Source of the DNA: an uncultured Rikenellaceae bacterium
Lineage (GTDB): Bacteria > Bacteroidota > Bacteroidia > Bacteroidales > VadinHA17
Length of the DNA stretch: 56,120 nucleotides
Assembly (NCBI GenBank): GCA_964649335.1
Contig: CAZYPI010000001.1
Span: forward strand, 1 to 56,120
Direction of reading: 5' to 3'
The translations under genes were made by a program, and so were the position numbers. Positions 7,291 to 17,328 of this stretch are shown in pieces (within the stretch, counting starts at the first letter, position 1; the number at the start of each line of letters is the position of its first letter). Under the pieces are notes generated by a model that was given only the letters and a program-made list of their open reading frames with translations, was not told where the DNA came from and searched no databases.

Positions 7291-10080
7291 ATGACGCCGG
7301 AAAAAGAAAAAAAAGAACTCTATCTGCTGGATGCCTATGCCCTGATCTTCAGGGCCTATTTTGCGTTCATCCGCAATCCGCGCATTACATCAACGGGATT
7401 AAACACCTCTGCCGTATTTGGTTTTGTAACTACACTTGAAGAATTACTTAAAATTTACCATCCTTCCCACCTGGCCATCGTCTTTGATCCTCCCCGTCCC
7501 ACTTTCAGGCATGAAATCTATCCGGAATACAAGGCCAACCGGGATCAGACGCCCGAAGATATCCGGATCGCCGTGCCCTATATCAAAAAAATGGCTGAAG
7601 CTTACCGGATCCCGGTACTGGAGCATCCCGGTTATGAGGCGGATGATGTGATCGGTACCCTGTCACGCCAGGCCGAAAAGAAGGGGTATAAAACCTATAT
7701 GGTTACGCCCGACAAGGATTTTCTTCAATTGCTTTCGGAAAAAACGTTCCTGTTAAAACCCAGGACGCGAAAAAACGAGATAGAACAGGTGGGCCTGCGG
7801 GAGCTGCCCGGATATTTTCACGTGGAACATCCCCGCCAGGTGATCGATGTGCTGGCTCTCTGGGGCGACGCTGCCGACAATATCCCCGGAGCGCCGGGTA
7901 TCGGCGAGAAAACAGCGAAAAAACTGATCAACCGGTACGAATCACTGGAAAATCTGTATGAACACATTGATGAAATATCCGGAAAACTGAAAGAGACCCT
8001 GCTCGAATACAGGGATCAGATCTTTTTGTCGCGTGATCTGGTGACCATCCGTACCGATGTGCCCGTTTCTTTCGATGAAAAACTGTTTGAGAATACGGGT
8101 CTGGATGAAGAAAAAATAAGGGAATTGTTCCGGGAGCTGGAATTCAAAACGCTTTTGCAGCGTGTGCTCCCTGTCACAGGGCAGGAGAATGCCGATGCGG
8201 AGGCCCCTGTTCAGGGAAATCTTTTCGATCAGCCGTCGGGTGCTGCAGGCAAAGAGCCGGACGGAAAAGAAACCATAGCCAGTGTGGAACATCATTACCA
8301 CCTTGTGAATTCGGACCATGAAATACAAAAGCTGGCAGAAACCCTGGCCGGGCTGGAAGAGTTTTGTTACGATACCGAAACCACCGGCCTGAACTTTATG
8401 GATGCCGAGATCGTAGGCCTTTCCTTTTCTTTCAAAGCCCGTGAGGGGTATTATGTCCCCCTGCCTCCGGAAAGGGATGCCGCTACAAAACGGCTGGCTT
8501 TACTGAAAGGGGTTCTTGAGGATCCTGGTATCCGTAAGGTGGGACAGAACATGAAATTCGACATGCACATGCTGGCCAATTACGGGATCCGATTACGCGG
8601 CAAACTGTTCGACACCATGCTGGCGCATTATCTGCTCTATCCGGAACAGCGGCACAACCTGAATGACATGTGTGAGGCCCTGCTGGGATACCGTCCTGTG
8701 TCCATAGAAGAGCTGATAGGGAAAAAGGGGAAATCACAGCGCAACATGCGTTCGGTGGAGGAAGAAACCATCAAGGAATATGCTGCCGAAGATGCCGACC
8801 TGACCTGGCAGTTGAAGGAACTGCTGGAGCCGGAACTGAAGAAAACGGGACTCGACACACTGGCCGAAACGATGGAAATGCCGCTGGTGTATGTCTTGCT
8901 CGGGATGGAACGTACCGGCATGCGTGTCGATCCGGAGGTGTTGAAACAGTATGAGAAGACCCTGAAAAAAGAGCTGCAGGAACTGGAGAAGGAAATTCAT
9001 GATATGGCCGGCATGGAATTCAATATCTCTTCGCCGAAACAACTGGGGGAAGTGTTGTTTGTGAGGATGAAAATTGTGGAGAACGCAAAAAAAACCAAAA
9101 CCAAACAATACTCCACCAGTGAGGAGGTGTTGATGCAGCTGAAGGGCCGGCATCCCATCATTAGCAAAGTGTTGGATTACCGCTCCGTCCGGAAACTGCT
9201 TTCTTCGTATGTGGAGACCCTGCCCGGTCTGATACGGCCTGATACGGGCCGCATCCATACCGAGTTCAACCAGGCCGTGGCCGTGACGGGGCGCCTCAGC
9301 TCGGCCAACCCCAATATGCAGAACATCCCGGTGCGTGAAGAACGGGGCCGCGAGATCAGGAAAGCCTTTGTTCCGGCCGGCGAGGACTATCTTCTGCTGT
9401 CTGCCGACTATTCCCAGATCGAGTTGCGGCTGATGGCTCATCTCAGCGGCGATGAGGATATGATCCGGGCCTTCCTGGATGGACAGGATATCCACGCGGC
9501 TACAGCGGCCAAAATATACAATGTCCCCCTGAAAGAGGTGACACGCGAAATGCGCAGTCATGCCAAAACGGCCAACTTCGGGATCATTTACGGTATCTCT
9601 TCTTTCGGACTGGCGCAGCGCCTCGACATCTCCCGGACAAAAGCCAAAGAACTGATAGACGGTTATTTTCAGTCGTTCCCGGGGGTGAAGAAATATATGG
9701 AGGAGAGCATCCGGAAAGCCCGGGAAAAAGGATATGCCGAGACCATCATGGGACGCCGGCGCTATCTGCGGGACATCAATTCAGGCAATTCGTTCATCCG
9801 CAGCATGGCCGAACGCAATGCCATCAACGCCCCTATCCAGGGCTCGGCAGCCGACATTATCAAACTGGCCATGATCCGGATCCAGCGGCTGCTGGAAGAG
9901 AAAAAGATGAAAACGAAAATGATCCTGCAGGTGCATGATGAGTTGCTGTTTGATATGTACCTCCCGGAGCAGGAGGAAGTGATCCGGAATGTGGTTTATG
10001 AGATGGAGCATGTGGTGGATCTGAGCGTTCCCCTGACCGTCGATTACGGAACGGGAAAGAACTGGCTGGAGGCGCATTAG
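7291..10080 (+). CDS. polA: DNA polymerase I (5'-nuclease, 3'-5' exonuclease and polymerase domains)
   Basis: 929 aa. ExoI motif 'CYDTETTGL', motif A 'LLSADYSQIELR', motif B 'RSHAKTANFGIIYG', motif C 'LQVHDELLF'. Confidence 0.97.
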   Translation: MTPEKEKKELYLLDAYALIFRAYFAFIRNPRITSTGLNTSAVFGFVTTLEELLKIYHPSHLAIVFDPPRPTFRHEIYPEYKANRDQTPEDIRIAVPYIKKMAEAYRIPVLEHPGYEADDVIGTLSRQAEKKGYKTYMVTPDKDFLQLLSEKTFLLKPRTRKNEIEQVGLRELPGYFHVEHPRQVIDVLALWGDAADNIPGAPGIGEKTAKKLINRYESLENLYEHIDEISGKLKETLLEYRDQIFLSRDLVTIRTDVPVSFDEKLFENTGLDEEKIRELFRELEFKTLLQRVLPVTGQENADAEAPVQGNLFDQPSGAAGKEPDGKETIASVEHHYHLVNSDHEIQKLAETLAGLEEFCYDTETTGLNFMDAEIVGLSFSFKAREGYYVPLPPERDAATKRLALLKGVLEDPGIRKVGQNMKFDMHMLANYGIRLRGKLFDTMLAHYLLYPEQRHNLNDMCEALLGYRPVSIEELIGKKGKSQRNMRSVEEETIKEYAAEDADLTWQLKELLEPELKKTGLDTLAETMEMPLVYVLLGMERTGMRVDPEVLKQYEKTLKKELQELEKEIHDMAGMEFNISSPKQLGEVLFVRMKIVENAKKTKTKQYSTSEEVLMQLKGRHPIISKVLDYRSVRKLLSSYVETLPGLIRPDTGRIHTEFNQAVAVTGRLSSANPNMQNIPVREERGREIRKAFVPAGEDYLLLSADYSQIELRLMAHLSGDEDMIRAFLDGQDIHAATAAKIYNVPLKEVTREMRSHAKTANFGIIYGISSFGLAQRLDISRTKAKELIDGYFQSFPGVKKYMEESIRKAREKGYAETIMGRRRYLRDINSGNSFIRSMAERNAINAPIQGSAADIIKLAMIRIQRLLEEKKMKTKMILQVHDELLFDMYLPEQEEVIRNVVYEMEHVVDLSVPLTVDYGTGKNWLEAH

Positions 10081-10082
10081 GG

Positions 10083-10122
10083 AAAGGCTAAAGTATAAAG
10101 GCTAAAGTATAAAGGCTAAAGG
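10083..10122. repeat. 14-bp tandem repeat AAAGGCTAAAGTAT, about 2.9 copies
   Basis: Read directly at 10083-10096, 10097-10110 and a partial copy at 10111-10122, just after the polA stop codon. Confidence 0.8.
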
Positions 10123-10204
10123 CAAAAGTTAATGAGAGCCGGGTTTTGCGAGATAAAGCCGAAGCAAAACAGGAAGATTGAATTTTAATGATAAATAAAA
10201 AATT

Positions 10205-11056
10205 ATGGCAGGTAAAAAATTTGTAGGGGCGCATGTGAGTGCCTCGGGCGGTGTGGAGAATGCACCGGTGAATGCACATGAAATAGGAGCTACGGCTTTT
10301 GCCCTGTTTACCAAAAACCAACGGCAATGGGTGGCCAAACCCCTTACGGAGGAAAGCATACGGAAATTCAGGGAGAATATGGAAAAGTACGGATATCACC
10401 CCGATCATGTTCTTCCTCATGACAGCTATCTGATCAACCTGGGACATCCGGAAAAAGAAGGGCTGGAAAAGTCAAGGAATGCTTTTCTCGACGAGATGCA
10501 GCGTTGCGAACAATTGGGACTGAACCGCCTGAACTTTCATCCGGGGAGTCATCTGAAAAAAATCGCCGAAGAGGACTGCCTGCGAACCATTGCCGAATCG
10601 GTCAACCTTGCCCTCGACAGGACCGAAGGGGTGATCGCGGTCATTGAAAACACGGCCGGCCAGGGATCCAACCTGGGATATACGTTTGAGCAGATACGTT
10701 TTATTATTGATCATGTGGAAGATAAAACGCGTGTCGGCGTTTGTATCGATACCTGCCATGCCTATTCGGCCGGGTATGATATTAAAACGCCCGAAGGATA
10801 TGAAGAAACATTTAAACGGTTTGATGAGGTGATCGGCTTTTCTTATTTGAAAGGCATGCACTTGAATGATACAAAGAAAGAGCTGGGATCGCACGTTGAC
10901 CGTCACGACAGTCTGGGAAAAGGACTGCTGGGGCTGGATGTTTTCCGGCGTATCATGAATGATCCGCGGTTCGACAACATCCCCCTGATCCTGGAAACGC
11001 CCGACGATACCCTTTGGGCCGAAGAGATCAGGTTGTTGTATTCTATGATAGAATAG
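10205..11056 (+). CDS. nfo: Deoxyribonuclease IV / endonuclease IV (AP endonuclease family 2)
   Basis: 'GAHVSASGG', 'NFHPGSH', '[12 protein letters not shown]', 'VCIDTCHAY' and 'HLNDT' are the metal-site motifs of Nfo. Confidence 0.93.
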   Translation: MAGKKFVGAHVSASGGVENAPVNAHEIGATAFALFTKNQRQWVAKPLTEESIRKFRENMEKYGYHPDHVLPHDSYLINLGHPEKEGLEKSRNAFLDEMQRCEQLGLNRLNFHPGSHLKKIAEEDCLRTIAESVNLALDRTEGVIAVIENTAGQGSNLGYTFEQIRFIIDHVEDKTRVGVCIDTCHAYSAGYDIKTPEGYEETFKRFDEVIGFSYLKGMHLNDTKKELGSHVDRHDSLGKGLLGLDVFRRIMNDPRFDNIPLILETPDDTLWAEEIRLLYSMIE

Positions 11057-11093
11057 TGTTGAAATATGAGATTTATTTTCGGCAGGTAAAAAG

Positions 11094-14000
11094 ATGGAGC
11101 AAAAAATCCTGGGAATAGATATCGGCTCTGTATATCTGGGGATTGTAGAGATGGCCCGGGATAAAAGGATCGTGCATTCGGTTTATCTGCCACACCATGG
11201 AAAAGTACGGGAGACCCTGGAGCAACAGTTGCAGGGGGTTGATTTTGCGCGGATAGCCGGGGTGGTGAGCCCGTCGGGTCATGAATGGTTCTCCGCCGGC
11301 GTGGTACGTGCCGATCCGCAGGTGAGTATCATCCGGGCGGCCAGGGAATATTTCCCGGGGGTACGGTCGGTGTTGGTGGTGGGTGCGGAAAAATTCATGT
11401 TGATAAAGCTGGATGAAAAGGGGGGCTATCAGGGGGCCCATTACAGCACCTCCTGTGCTGCGGGGACCGGCAGTTTTCTGGACCAGCAGGCCAAAAGACT
11501 GAAGCTGAAGGACAGCAGTGAGCTGAGCCGTATAGCCGTTAACAACAGCGATGAGCTGCCTGAGATTGCTTCCCGCTGTGCCGTTTTTGCCAAGACCGAC
11601 CTGATCCATGCCCAGCAGGAAGGATATTCCCTTTCTGCCATATGTGACAGTCTGACACGCGGCCTGGCCCGCAATATTGCGGATACCCTGTTCCGGGAAG
11701 AAAAACCCCGGACACCTGTGGTTTTTGCCGGAGGAGTGGCCCGCAATACAGGTGTCCGCAAACACCTGGAAGAGCTGCTGGATGTTCGCATGGCCGTGCA
11801 TCCATATAGTCATTTGTTTGCTGCCGCCGGGGCCTGCCTGACCCTGCTGGATAACGGGGATATACCCAAAGAGAAAATTACCGGCATTTCCGGCCTTTTT
11901 GCTTTACATGAAAAGAAAAAAGAATATTTTTTTGCTCCTCTGTCGCTGAAACTTTCCGGATATCCTGATTTTGGCCGTGAAGGAGGTGAAAAATTGCGGA
12001 CTTCCCGGGTAAAGCATGATCATCCCGTGGAGATGGAGTTGTACGGAGCATTCTCTGCCGGGAAAGAACAGGAGGTATATCTCGGAATAGATATCGGATC
12101 GACCAGCACCAAAGCGGCCCTGCTGGACCGGGAGGGAAAGATGGTGGCCGGATTTTACACGTATACTCTGGGACAGCCCATGCAGGCAACACAAGCTATC
12201 CTCGAGACGATCGACGGCCTGGCAAAGAAGAAGGATGTATCCTTTCGTTTTCTGGGGGTAGGTACTACCGGGTCGGGGAGGAAATTTATCGGCAGGATCA
12301 TCGGGGCGGATGAAGCCGTTGATGAGATCTCCACCCATGCCCGGGCCGCTTATGAACTGGACCCTGAGGTGGATACCATTATTGAGATTGGCGGTCAGGA
12401 CTCGAAATTCACGCTGGTACGCAACGGCAATGTGATCCTCTCGCAGATGAATTCGGTGTGTGCCGCCGGTACGGGAAGTTTTATCGAGGAACAGGCGCAA
12501 AAACTGGGGATCGCCCTGAAAGATATTCCGGATATGGTTGCCGGGGCCCGGTCACCGCTGGCCTCAGACAGATGTACTGTCTTTATGGAACGGGATATCA
12601 ACCATTACCAGAATACCGGTTTTGATGTTCCGGAGATACTCTCTGCGGTATTGCACTCGGTGAGGGAGAACTATCTGCAGAAAGTGGCTGTGGAGGCGGC
12701 CATCGGAGACCACATCTCTTTTCAGGGGGCTACGGCCCGCAACAAGGCGCTGGTGGCTGTCTTTGAAGAAAAACTGCAGAAAAAAATTCATGTTTCGCCG
12801 TATTGCCATCTGACGGGAGCCATGGGCACGGCCCTGATCCTGAAAGATGAAGGGGTTGAAAAGACGGCTTTCAGAGGGCTGGGGATCTACCGGGAGCAGA
12901 TCCCTTTCACTCATGAGACCTGCCGGTTGTGTAATAACCACTGCCGCATTACGGTCGCGGAAATACAGGGGGAAAAGGTTGCTTACGGCTTTTTATGTGG
13001 CAGGGACTATGATACGGAAAAATATGTCGATAACAACCGGTCGGGTTTTGATCTCCTGAAAGAACGGAATAAAATCTTCCGCTTGCCGCCTTTGTCTGTG
13101 GAAGAAAAGAAAAACAAACCGGTCGTCGGTATTCCGGCAGCCCTGCATCTGTTCGATGAAATTCCTTTCTGGCGGGCTTTTTTCGGTTATCTGAAAATCC
13201 CGGTGCTCACGGGAGAAAAGACCCCCGATCCGGTGAAAAACGGCAAACGGCAGGCCGGGGCCGAATTCTGTTCGCCGATGTACGTCCTGCACAGCCAGAC
13301 CGAATGGCTGGCCGGAAAGTGCGATTACCTTTTTATCCCGGCTTACCTTGAGTCAAGGGACAACCGTCCGGAACGGGAGGTAAATTATTGTTATTACACC
13401 CAGTTCGCCCCCTCGCTGGTGGCGCTGATGAATGAAGAGACCAAAGAAAAATCGCTGACACCCCTGCTGAACTTCCGGAAGGGAAAAGAACAGGTGATCA
13501 GCCGGATAACGGATACCCTCTTACCACTGAAAGGGTTTGAGTTTCTGACCGGGGAGAAGATCAGGGAGGCCTGGGAGTATGCCGAAAAGATCCGGAAAGC
13601 CGGCAGGGAAAAGGTAAAAATCCTTTTCCGGGAACATTTTGATAACCGGGAACTCTCCGTGATGTTCCTCGGGCGGCCTTATCTTGTGCTGGAACCGGCA
13701 TTGAACAAAAATATTCCGGATATTTTTTCGGGGTTGGGGATACGTACCTTTTACATGGACATGATCACCGCAGAAAGAGAGGGGGATTATGAACTGGAGG
13801 AGCTGCTCAAAGCCATGCCCTGGCATTTTGCTTCGAAGATCATGGAGAGTGCCAAAGCAATAGCGGAAACCCCCGGCCTCTATCCGGTGTTCGTGACGGC
13901 CTTCAAGTGTGCTCCCGATTCATTTGTGACGGAGTACTTTAAGAAGTTGATGGATCGTTATAAAAAACCTTATCTGATCCTGCAGCTTGACGAACACGAC

Positions 14001-15371
14001 TCGAACACCGGGTACGAAACACGTATCGAGGCGGCCATACGTTCTTTCCGTAACCATGTCCGGGGGAAAGGGGATACGGGGCGAAAAGAGAATACTCCCA
14101 TAGTTGTCAAACCCTTAAAAGATCTGCGTGCACGGAAAACCCTTCTGTTTCCCAACTGGGATCCTTATGCCGGCAGACTGGTGGCAGCCAACCTGAGAAG
14201 GGCCGGATATGATGTGCGGTTGCTGGAGATGCAGGAGATGAGCATTAAAAAAAGCCTGGCTTCCAATACCGGCCAGTGCCTGCCGCTGAACATCATTGCC
14301 CGGGATTTCATGGATTACATTGAAAAATATCATCTCGATCCGGCGGATACCGCCTTGTGGATGATCGAAACCTGGCTGACCTGCAATATACGCACCTATC
14401 CGTATTATCTGAAAACCCTGTTTGACCGGCATGGAAAAGGGATGGAAAAAGCTGCCGTATATTCCGGAAAACTGACGCATATAGAGCTGGGGGTGAATAC
14501 AACCTATTACGCCTATTTTGCTTACATGTTTGCCGGACTGCTGAAGAGAATGACTTATCATTTCAGGCCGCGTGAGGTAAAGAAGGGAGAAACAGACCGG
14601 GTCACGGGAAAAAGCCTTGACCTCCTGGAAGAGGCCTTCCTGGGAAAGGTAGGTTTTGAAGAAGCCCTGAAAACCGTTTCTTCCTGGTTTGCCGGTATTG
14701 CAATCGAAGACAAATCCCTGCCGCAGGTGGCTATCTTCGGCGATTTCTTTGTGCGGGACAATGATGTGATGAACCAGCATGTCGTAAAAACCATCGAGGG
14801 AGCCGGAGGTGAAGTGATCAATACGCCTTATACGGATTATACACGCATCACTGCCGAAAACATCCTGCGCCGTATGTCGGCGCGCGGCAGCCACCTCGAA
14901 GCCCTGGGATACAAGGTGCTGCTCGAAGGAATACGGTTCATTGAAAAAAGGTACTATAAATATTTCGAGCCTTTCCTGGGGCCACAGACGCCCATACGTC
15001 CCGCCACTCTGGAAAAACACCTGGAAAAATACCGGATCAGCAAATACCATTCCGGCGAATCTTATGATAATATCCTGAAGATCTACCACCTGATCGAAAA
15101 ATATCCCGACCTGACCCTGCTGGTACAAACCAACCCCTCTTTTTGTTGTCCTTCTCTTATTACCGAAGCCATGAAAGAAACCATACGCGAAGATACCGGC
15201 ATCCCCATCATTACCATCACTTATGACGGAACCTCCGGAGAAAAAAATGACATTATTATCCCTTATCTGAAAACCTCTTTCGCGCGGAAAAAAATCCGCC
15301 CCGAACAAAAAGAGACGGAAAAAGAAAAAAAGAACCTGTTTCTGGAAAAACTCCGCCAGATCAACTCGTAA
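11094..15371 (+). CDS. Fused Fe-S protein: two BcrAD/BadFG/HgdC-type activase (ASKHA ATPase) modules plus a C-terminal 2-hydroxyacyl-CoA-dehydratase/DUF2229-like region
   Basis: Two copies each of 'GIDIGS', 'CAAGTGSF' and 'RC(A/T)VF' (the HgdC cluster-ligand cysteines). A Cys-rich linker follows (C610-x2-C613-x3-C617 ... C635). The C-terminal ~790 aa carry scattered conserved-looking Cys ('FKCAPDS', 'TGQCLPLN', 'NPSFCCPSL'). Confidence 0.88.
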   Translation: MEQKILGIDIGSVYLGIVEMARDKRIVHSVYLPHHGKVRETLEQQLQGVDFARIAGVVSPSGHEWFSAGVVRADPQVSIIRAAREYFPGVRSVLVVGAEKFMLIKLDEKGGYQGAHYSTSCAAGTGSFLDQQAKRLKLKDSSELSRIAVNNSDELPEIASRCAVFAKTDLIHAQQEGYSLSAICDSLTRGLARNIADTLFREEKPRTPVVFAGGVARNTGVRKHLEELLDVRMAVHPYSHLFAAAGACLTLLDNGDIPKEKITGISGLFALHEKKKEYFFAPLSLKLSGYPDFGREGGEKLRTSRVKHDHPVEMELYGAFSAGKEQEVYLGIDIGSTSTKAALLDREGKMVAGFYTYTLGQPMQATQAILETIDGLAKKKDVSFRFLGVGTTGSGRKFIGRIIGADEAVDEISTHARAAYELDPEVDTIIEIGGQDSKFTLVRNGNVILSQMNSVCAAGTGSFIEEQAQKLGIALKDIPDMVAGARSPLASDRCTVFMERDINHYQNTGFDVPEILSAVLHSVRENYLQKVAVEAAIGDHISFQGATARNKALVAVFEEKLQKKIHVSPYCHLTGAMGTALILKDEGVEKTAFRGLGIYREQIPFTHETCRLCNNHCRITVAEIQGEKVAYGFLCGRDYDTEKYVDNNRSGFDLLKERNKIFRLPPLSVEEKKNKPVVGIPAALHLFDEIPFWRAFFGYLKIPVLTGEKTPDPVKNGKRQAGAEFCSPMYVLHSQTEWLAGKCDYLFIPAYLESRDNRPEREVNYCYYTQFAPSLVALMNEETKEKSLTPLLNFRKGKEQVISRITDTLLPLKGFEFLTGEKIREAWEYAEKIRKAGREKVKILFREHFDNRELSVMFLGRPYLVLEPALNKNIPDIFSGLGIRTFYMDMITAEREGDYELEELLKAMPWHFASKIMESAKAIAETPGLYPVFVTAFKCAPDSFVTEYFKKLMDRYKKPYLILQLDEHDSNTGYETRIEAAIRSFRNHVRGKGDTGRKENTPIVVKPLKDLRARKTLLFPNWDPYAGRLVAANLRRAGYDVRLLEMQEMSIKKSLASNTGQCLPLNIIARDFMDYIEKYHLDPADTALWMIETWLTCNIRTYPYYLKTLFDRHGKGMEKAAVYSGKLTHIELGVNTTYYAYFAYMFAGLLKRMTYHFRPREVKKGETDRVTGKSLDLLEEAFLGKVGFEEALKTVSSWFAGIAIEDKSLPQVAIFGDFFVRDNDVMNQHVVKTIEGAGGEVINTPYTDYTRITAENILRRMSARGSHLEALGYKVLLEGIRFIEKRYYKYFEPFLGPQTPIRPATLEKHLEKYRISKYHSGESYDNILKIYHLIEKYPDLTLLVQTNPSFCCPSLITEAMKETIREDTGIPIITITYDGTSGEKNDIIIPYLKTSFARKKIRPEQKETEKEKKNLFLEKLRQINS

Positions 15372-15538
15372 AGGAATACTTTAGATATATAATGAATATA
15401 TCTGTTATAGAATCTATTACTAAATAGTTGTGTAGTGTTTATGGATTCGTACCGGTGTTTATTTTCCCCTCCTGTCATCCTCCCCGTAAAAAGACGCAGG
15501 AAAAAGGCCAAAAAACCACGATAAGAAAAATTTTCGTA

Positions 15539-15546
15539 TATTTTTG
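15539..15546 (+). promoter_or_regulatory. Candidate -7 promoter box (TATTTTTG) upstream of the ECF sigma gene
   Basis: Matches TAnnTTTG, 37 nt upstream of the ATG at 15583. Confidence 0.3.
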
Positions 15547-15582
15547 AAAAACGGGGAAAAGAATATTTCCTGAAACGGGGTT

Positions 15583-16140
15583 ATGAGAAGGGAAAAAGCG
15601 ACCGGTCTGACCAGGGAAATCATCGGAGAGTTATTTGATCTTCATTATGAAGAATTGTATCTGGTGGCAAGAAGGTATCTTGACGAAGAGGGAGCGCGGG
15701 ATATTGTTCAGGATGTTTTTTTGAAACTGACCGAAAAAGGAAGAGAGACGGAAATACATACTTCGTTGAGGGCCTATCTGCGGATCGCTGTGGTGAACAG
15801 TTGCCTGAATCATCTGAAACATAAAAAGAAGGAAGAGGAATATGCCCTTTCTTTTAAAATCAAAATGCTGGAAGATGAAAGAACGGTTATGGCCCGGGAC
15901 GGGCATATGGATCTGCTGGAAAAAGAAGCTCTGGCAGCTTTCAGGAATACGGTGAAAAAACTGCCGGAGAGAAACCGGGAGATTTTTAAAATGAGCCGTT
16001 TTGAATTGCTGACGAACAGGGAAATAGCTGAAAGGCTGGGCATCTCGATACGTACGGTTGAGACACAGATCTATCGTGCCCTGAAGGTTCTGTCGCGGGA
16101 ACTGAAAGAGTATTTGCCGTTTATTTTTTTCTTTCTATAG
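15583..16140 (+). CDS. ECF-type RNA polymerase sigma-70 factor (Bacteroides-expansion type)
   Basis: 185 aa. Region 2 'ELYLVARRYL..ARDIVQDVFLKL' and region 4 HTH 'LTNREIAERLGISIRTVETQIYRALKVL'. Confidence 0.9.
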   Translation: MRREKATGLTREIIGELFDLHYEELYLVARRYLDEEGARDIVQDVFLKLTEKGRETEIHTSLRAYLRIAVVNSCLNHLKHKKKEEEYALSFKIKMLEDERTVMARDGHMDLLEKEALAAFRNTVKKLPERNREIFKMSRFELLTNREIAERLGISIRTVETQIYRALKVLSRELKEYLPFIFFFL

Positions 16141-16230
16141 ATTTTACCTGAATTGCGTTTTACCCGGAGTGATTTTTTTGCTTTTGTAAGTAGTAATTCA
16201 CTTTGGGTTGTCTTATAAATTGTAACCGGC

Positions 16231-17322
16231 ATGACAATGGACCGTTTTGATGAACATATCATTTTGCGTTATCTTCAGAAAAAAGCATCGGAAGAGGAGG
16301 TCACCCTGTTGGAGCAGTGGATAGCGGAGCGTAAAGAAAACAGGGAGTCCTTTAACAGGTTGGCGGATCTTTACCATGCATCCGAAGCAACGGATCCTGC
16401 GAAAAAAGAGGAGGCGAAGAGAAAATGGCTGGAGAGATATTCCGGAAGAAATCAAAATAGGGGCCTGCGTGAAGTGTGGAAGATAGCGGCGGTGATTGTT
16501 CTCTCCGCGGGCCTCACCTGGCTGGGCATGCATTATCTTCAGAATGAAAAGGTGGATAAAAATGCCCTTGCGAGGATACACACCCCCGCAGGGTCCGTGA
16601 CACAGGTTACCCTGCCCGATGGCACCCGGGTGTGGCTAAATGCCGAGTCTTCCCTTACTTATCATCCTGCGGTGTTTGGCCGCAGGTCCAGGGAAGTGTC
16701 TCTTACCGGAGAAGCGTATTTTGATGTGGTCAAAAACAAAAAAGTGAAATTTGTGGTCAATACCTCGCGTGTCCGGATCCGGGTGTACGGAACGCGTTTC
16801 AACGTAAAAGCCTATCCTGAGGATGCCACCATCGAGACCACCCTGGAAGAGGGGCGAATTGCCTTGACAAAGACCGGCAAAAAGAGGGGGGAAAAGGAGC
16901 GGGGGATCATCCTGAAGCCGCAGGAAAGAGCCGTATTCGTGAAAAACGAGGGCCGCCTGCTGCTGTCCGATGTCCTGCCCGATCAGGCGGGCTCCGGTGA
17001 AGGGAAAGATGAGGTGCTAACCGTGAAATCGGGAAACATCCTCGTGGCGGATAAGGTGGATACCGAGGTGTACACTTCCTGGAAAGAGGGACGGCTGATC
17101 ATACGCGGTGAGCCCCTGGATCATTTGGCCAAAAAACTGGAACGGAGGTACGATGTCCATTTTATTTTCAGGGACAATGCCTCCAAAAGCATCCGGTTTA
17201 CCGGTACCCTCGAAGATGAAACCCTTGAGCAGGTCCTGTATGCCATCGGGCTTACGGCTCCGGTCAAATATACCATCGACCATAAAAATGTATATCTGGA
17301 AAAATCGGAACAACATCCTTAA
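16231..17322 (+). CDS. FecR-family anti-sigma factor / transmembrane sensor
   Basis: Contains 'ILRYLQKKASEEEV..LEQWI', a single TM segment ('WKIAAVIVLSAGLTWLGM'), a FecR domain and a C-terminal 'LEQVLYAIGLTAPVKYTI' domain. It sits directly after the ECF sigma gene. Confidence 0.9.
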   Translation: MTMDRFDEHIILRYLQKKASEEEVTLLEQWIAERKENRESFNRLADLYHASEATDPAKKEEAKRKWLERYSGRNQNRGLREVWKIAAVIVLSAGLTWLGMHYLQNEKVDKNALARIHTPAGSVTQVTLPDGTRVWLNAESSLTYHPAVFGRRSREVSLTGEAYFDVVKNKKVKFVVNTSRVRIRVYGTRFNVKAYPEDATIETTLEEGRIALTKTGKKRGEKERGIILKPQERAVFVKNEGRLLLSDVLPDQAGSGEGKDEVLTVKSGNILVADKVDTEVYTSWKEGRLIIRGEPLDHLAKKLERRYDVHFIFRDNASKSIRFTGTLEDETLEQVLYAIGLTAPVKYTIDHKNVYLEKSEQHP

Positions 17323-17328
17323 ATATCT

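Noticed and set aside
10083-10122. Possible CRISPR-like array
   Set aside because: The repeats are 14 bp, directly abutting with no spacers and fewer than three copies, and there are no cas genes. It is a simple tandem repeat.
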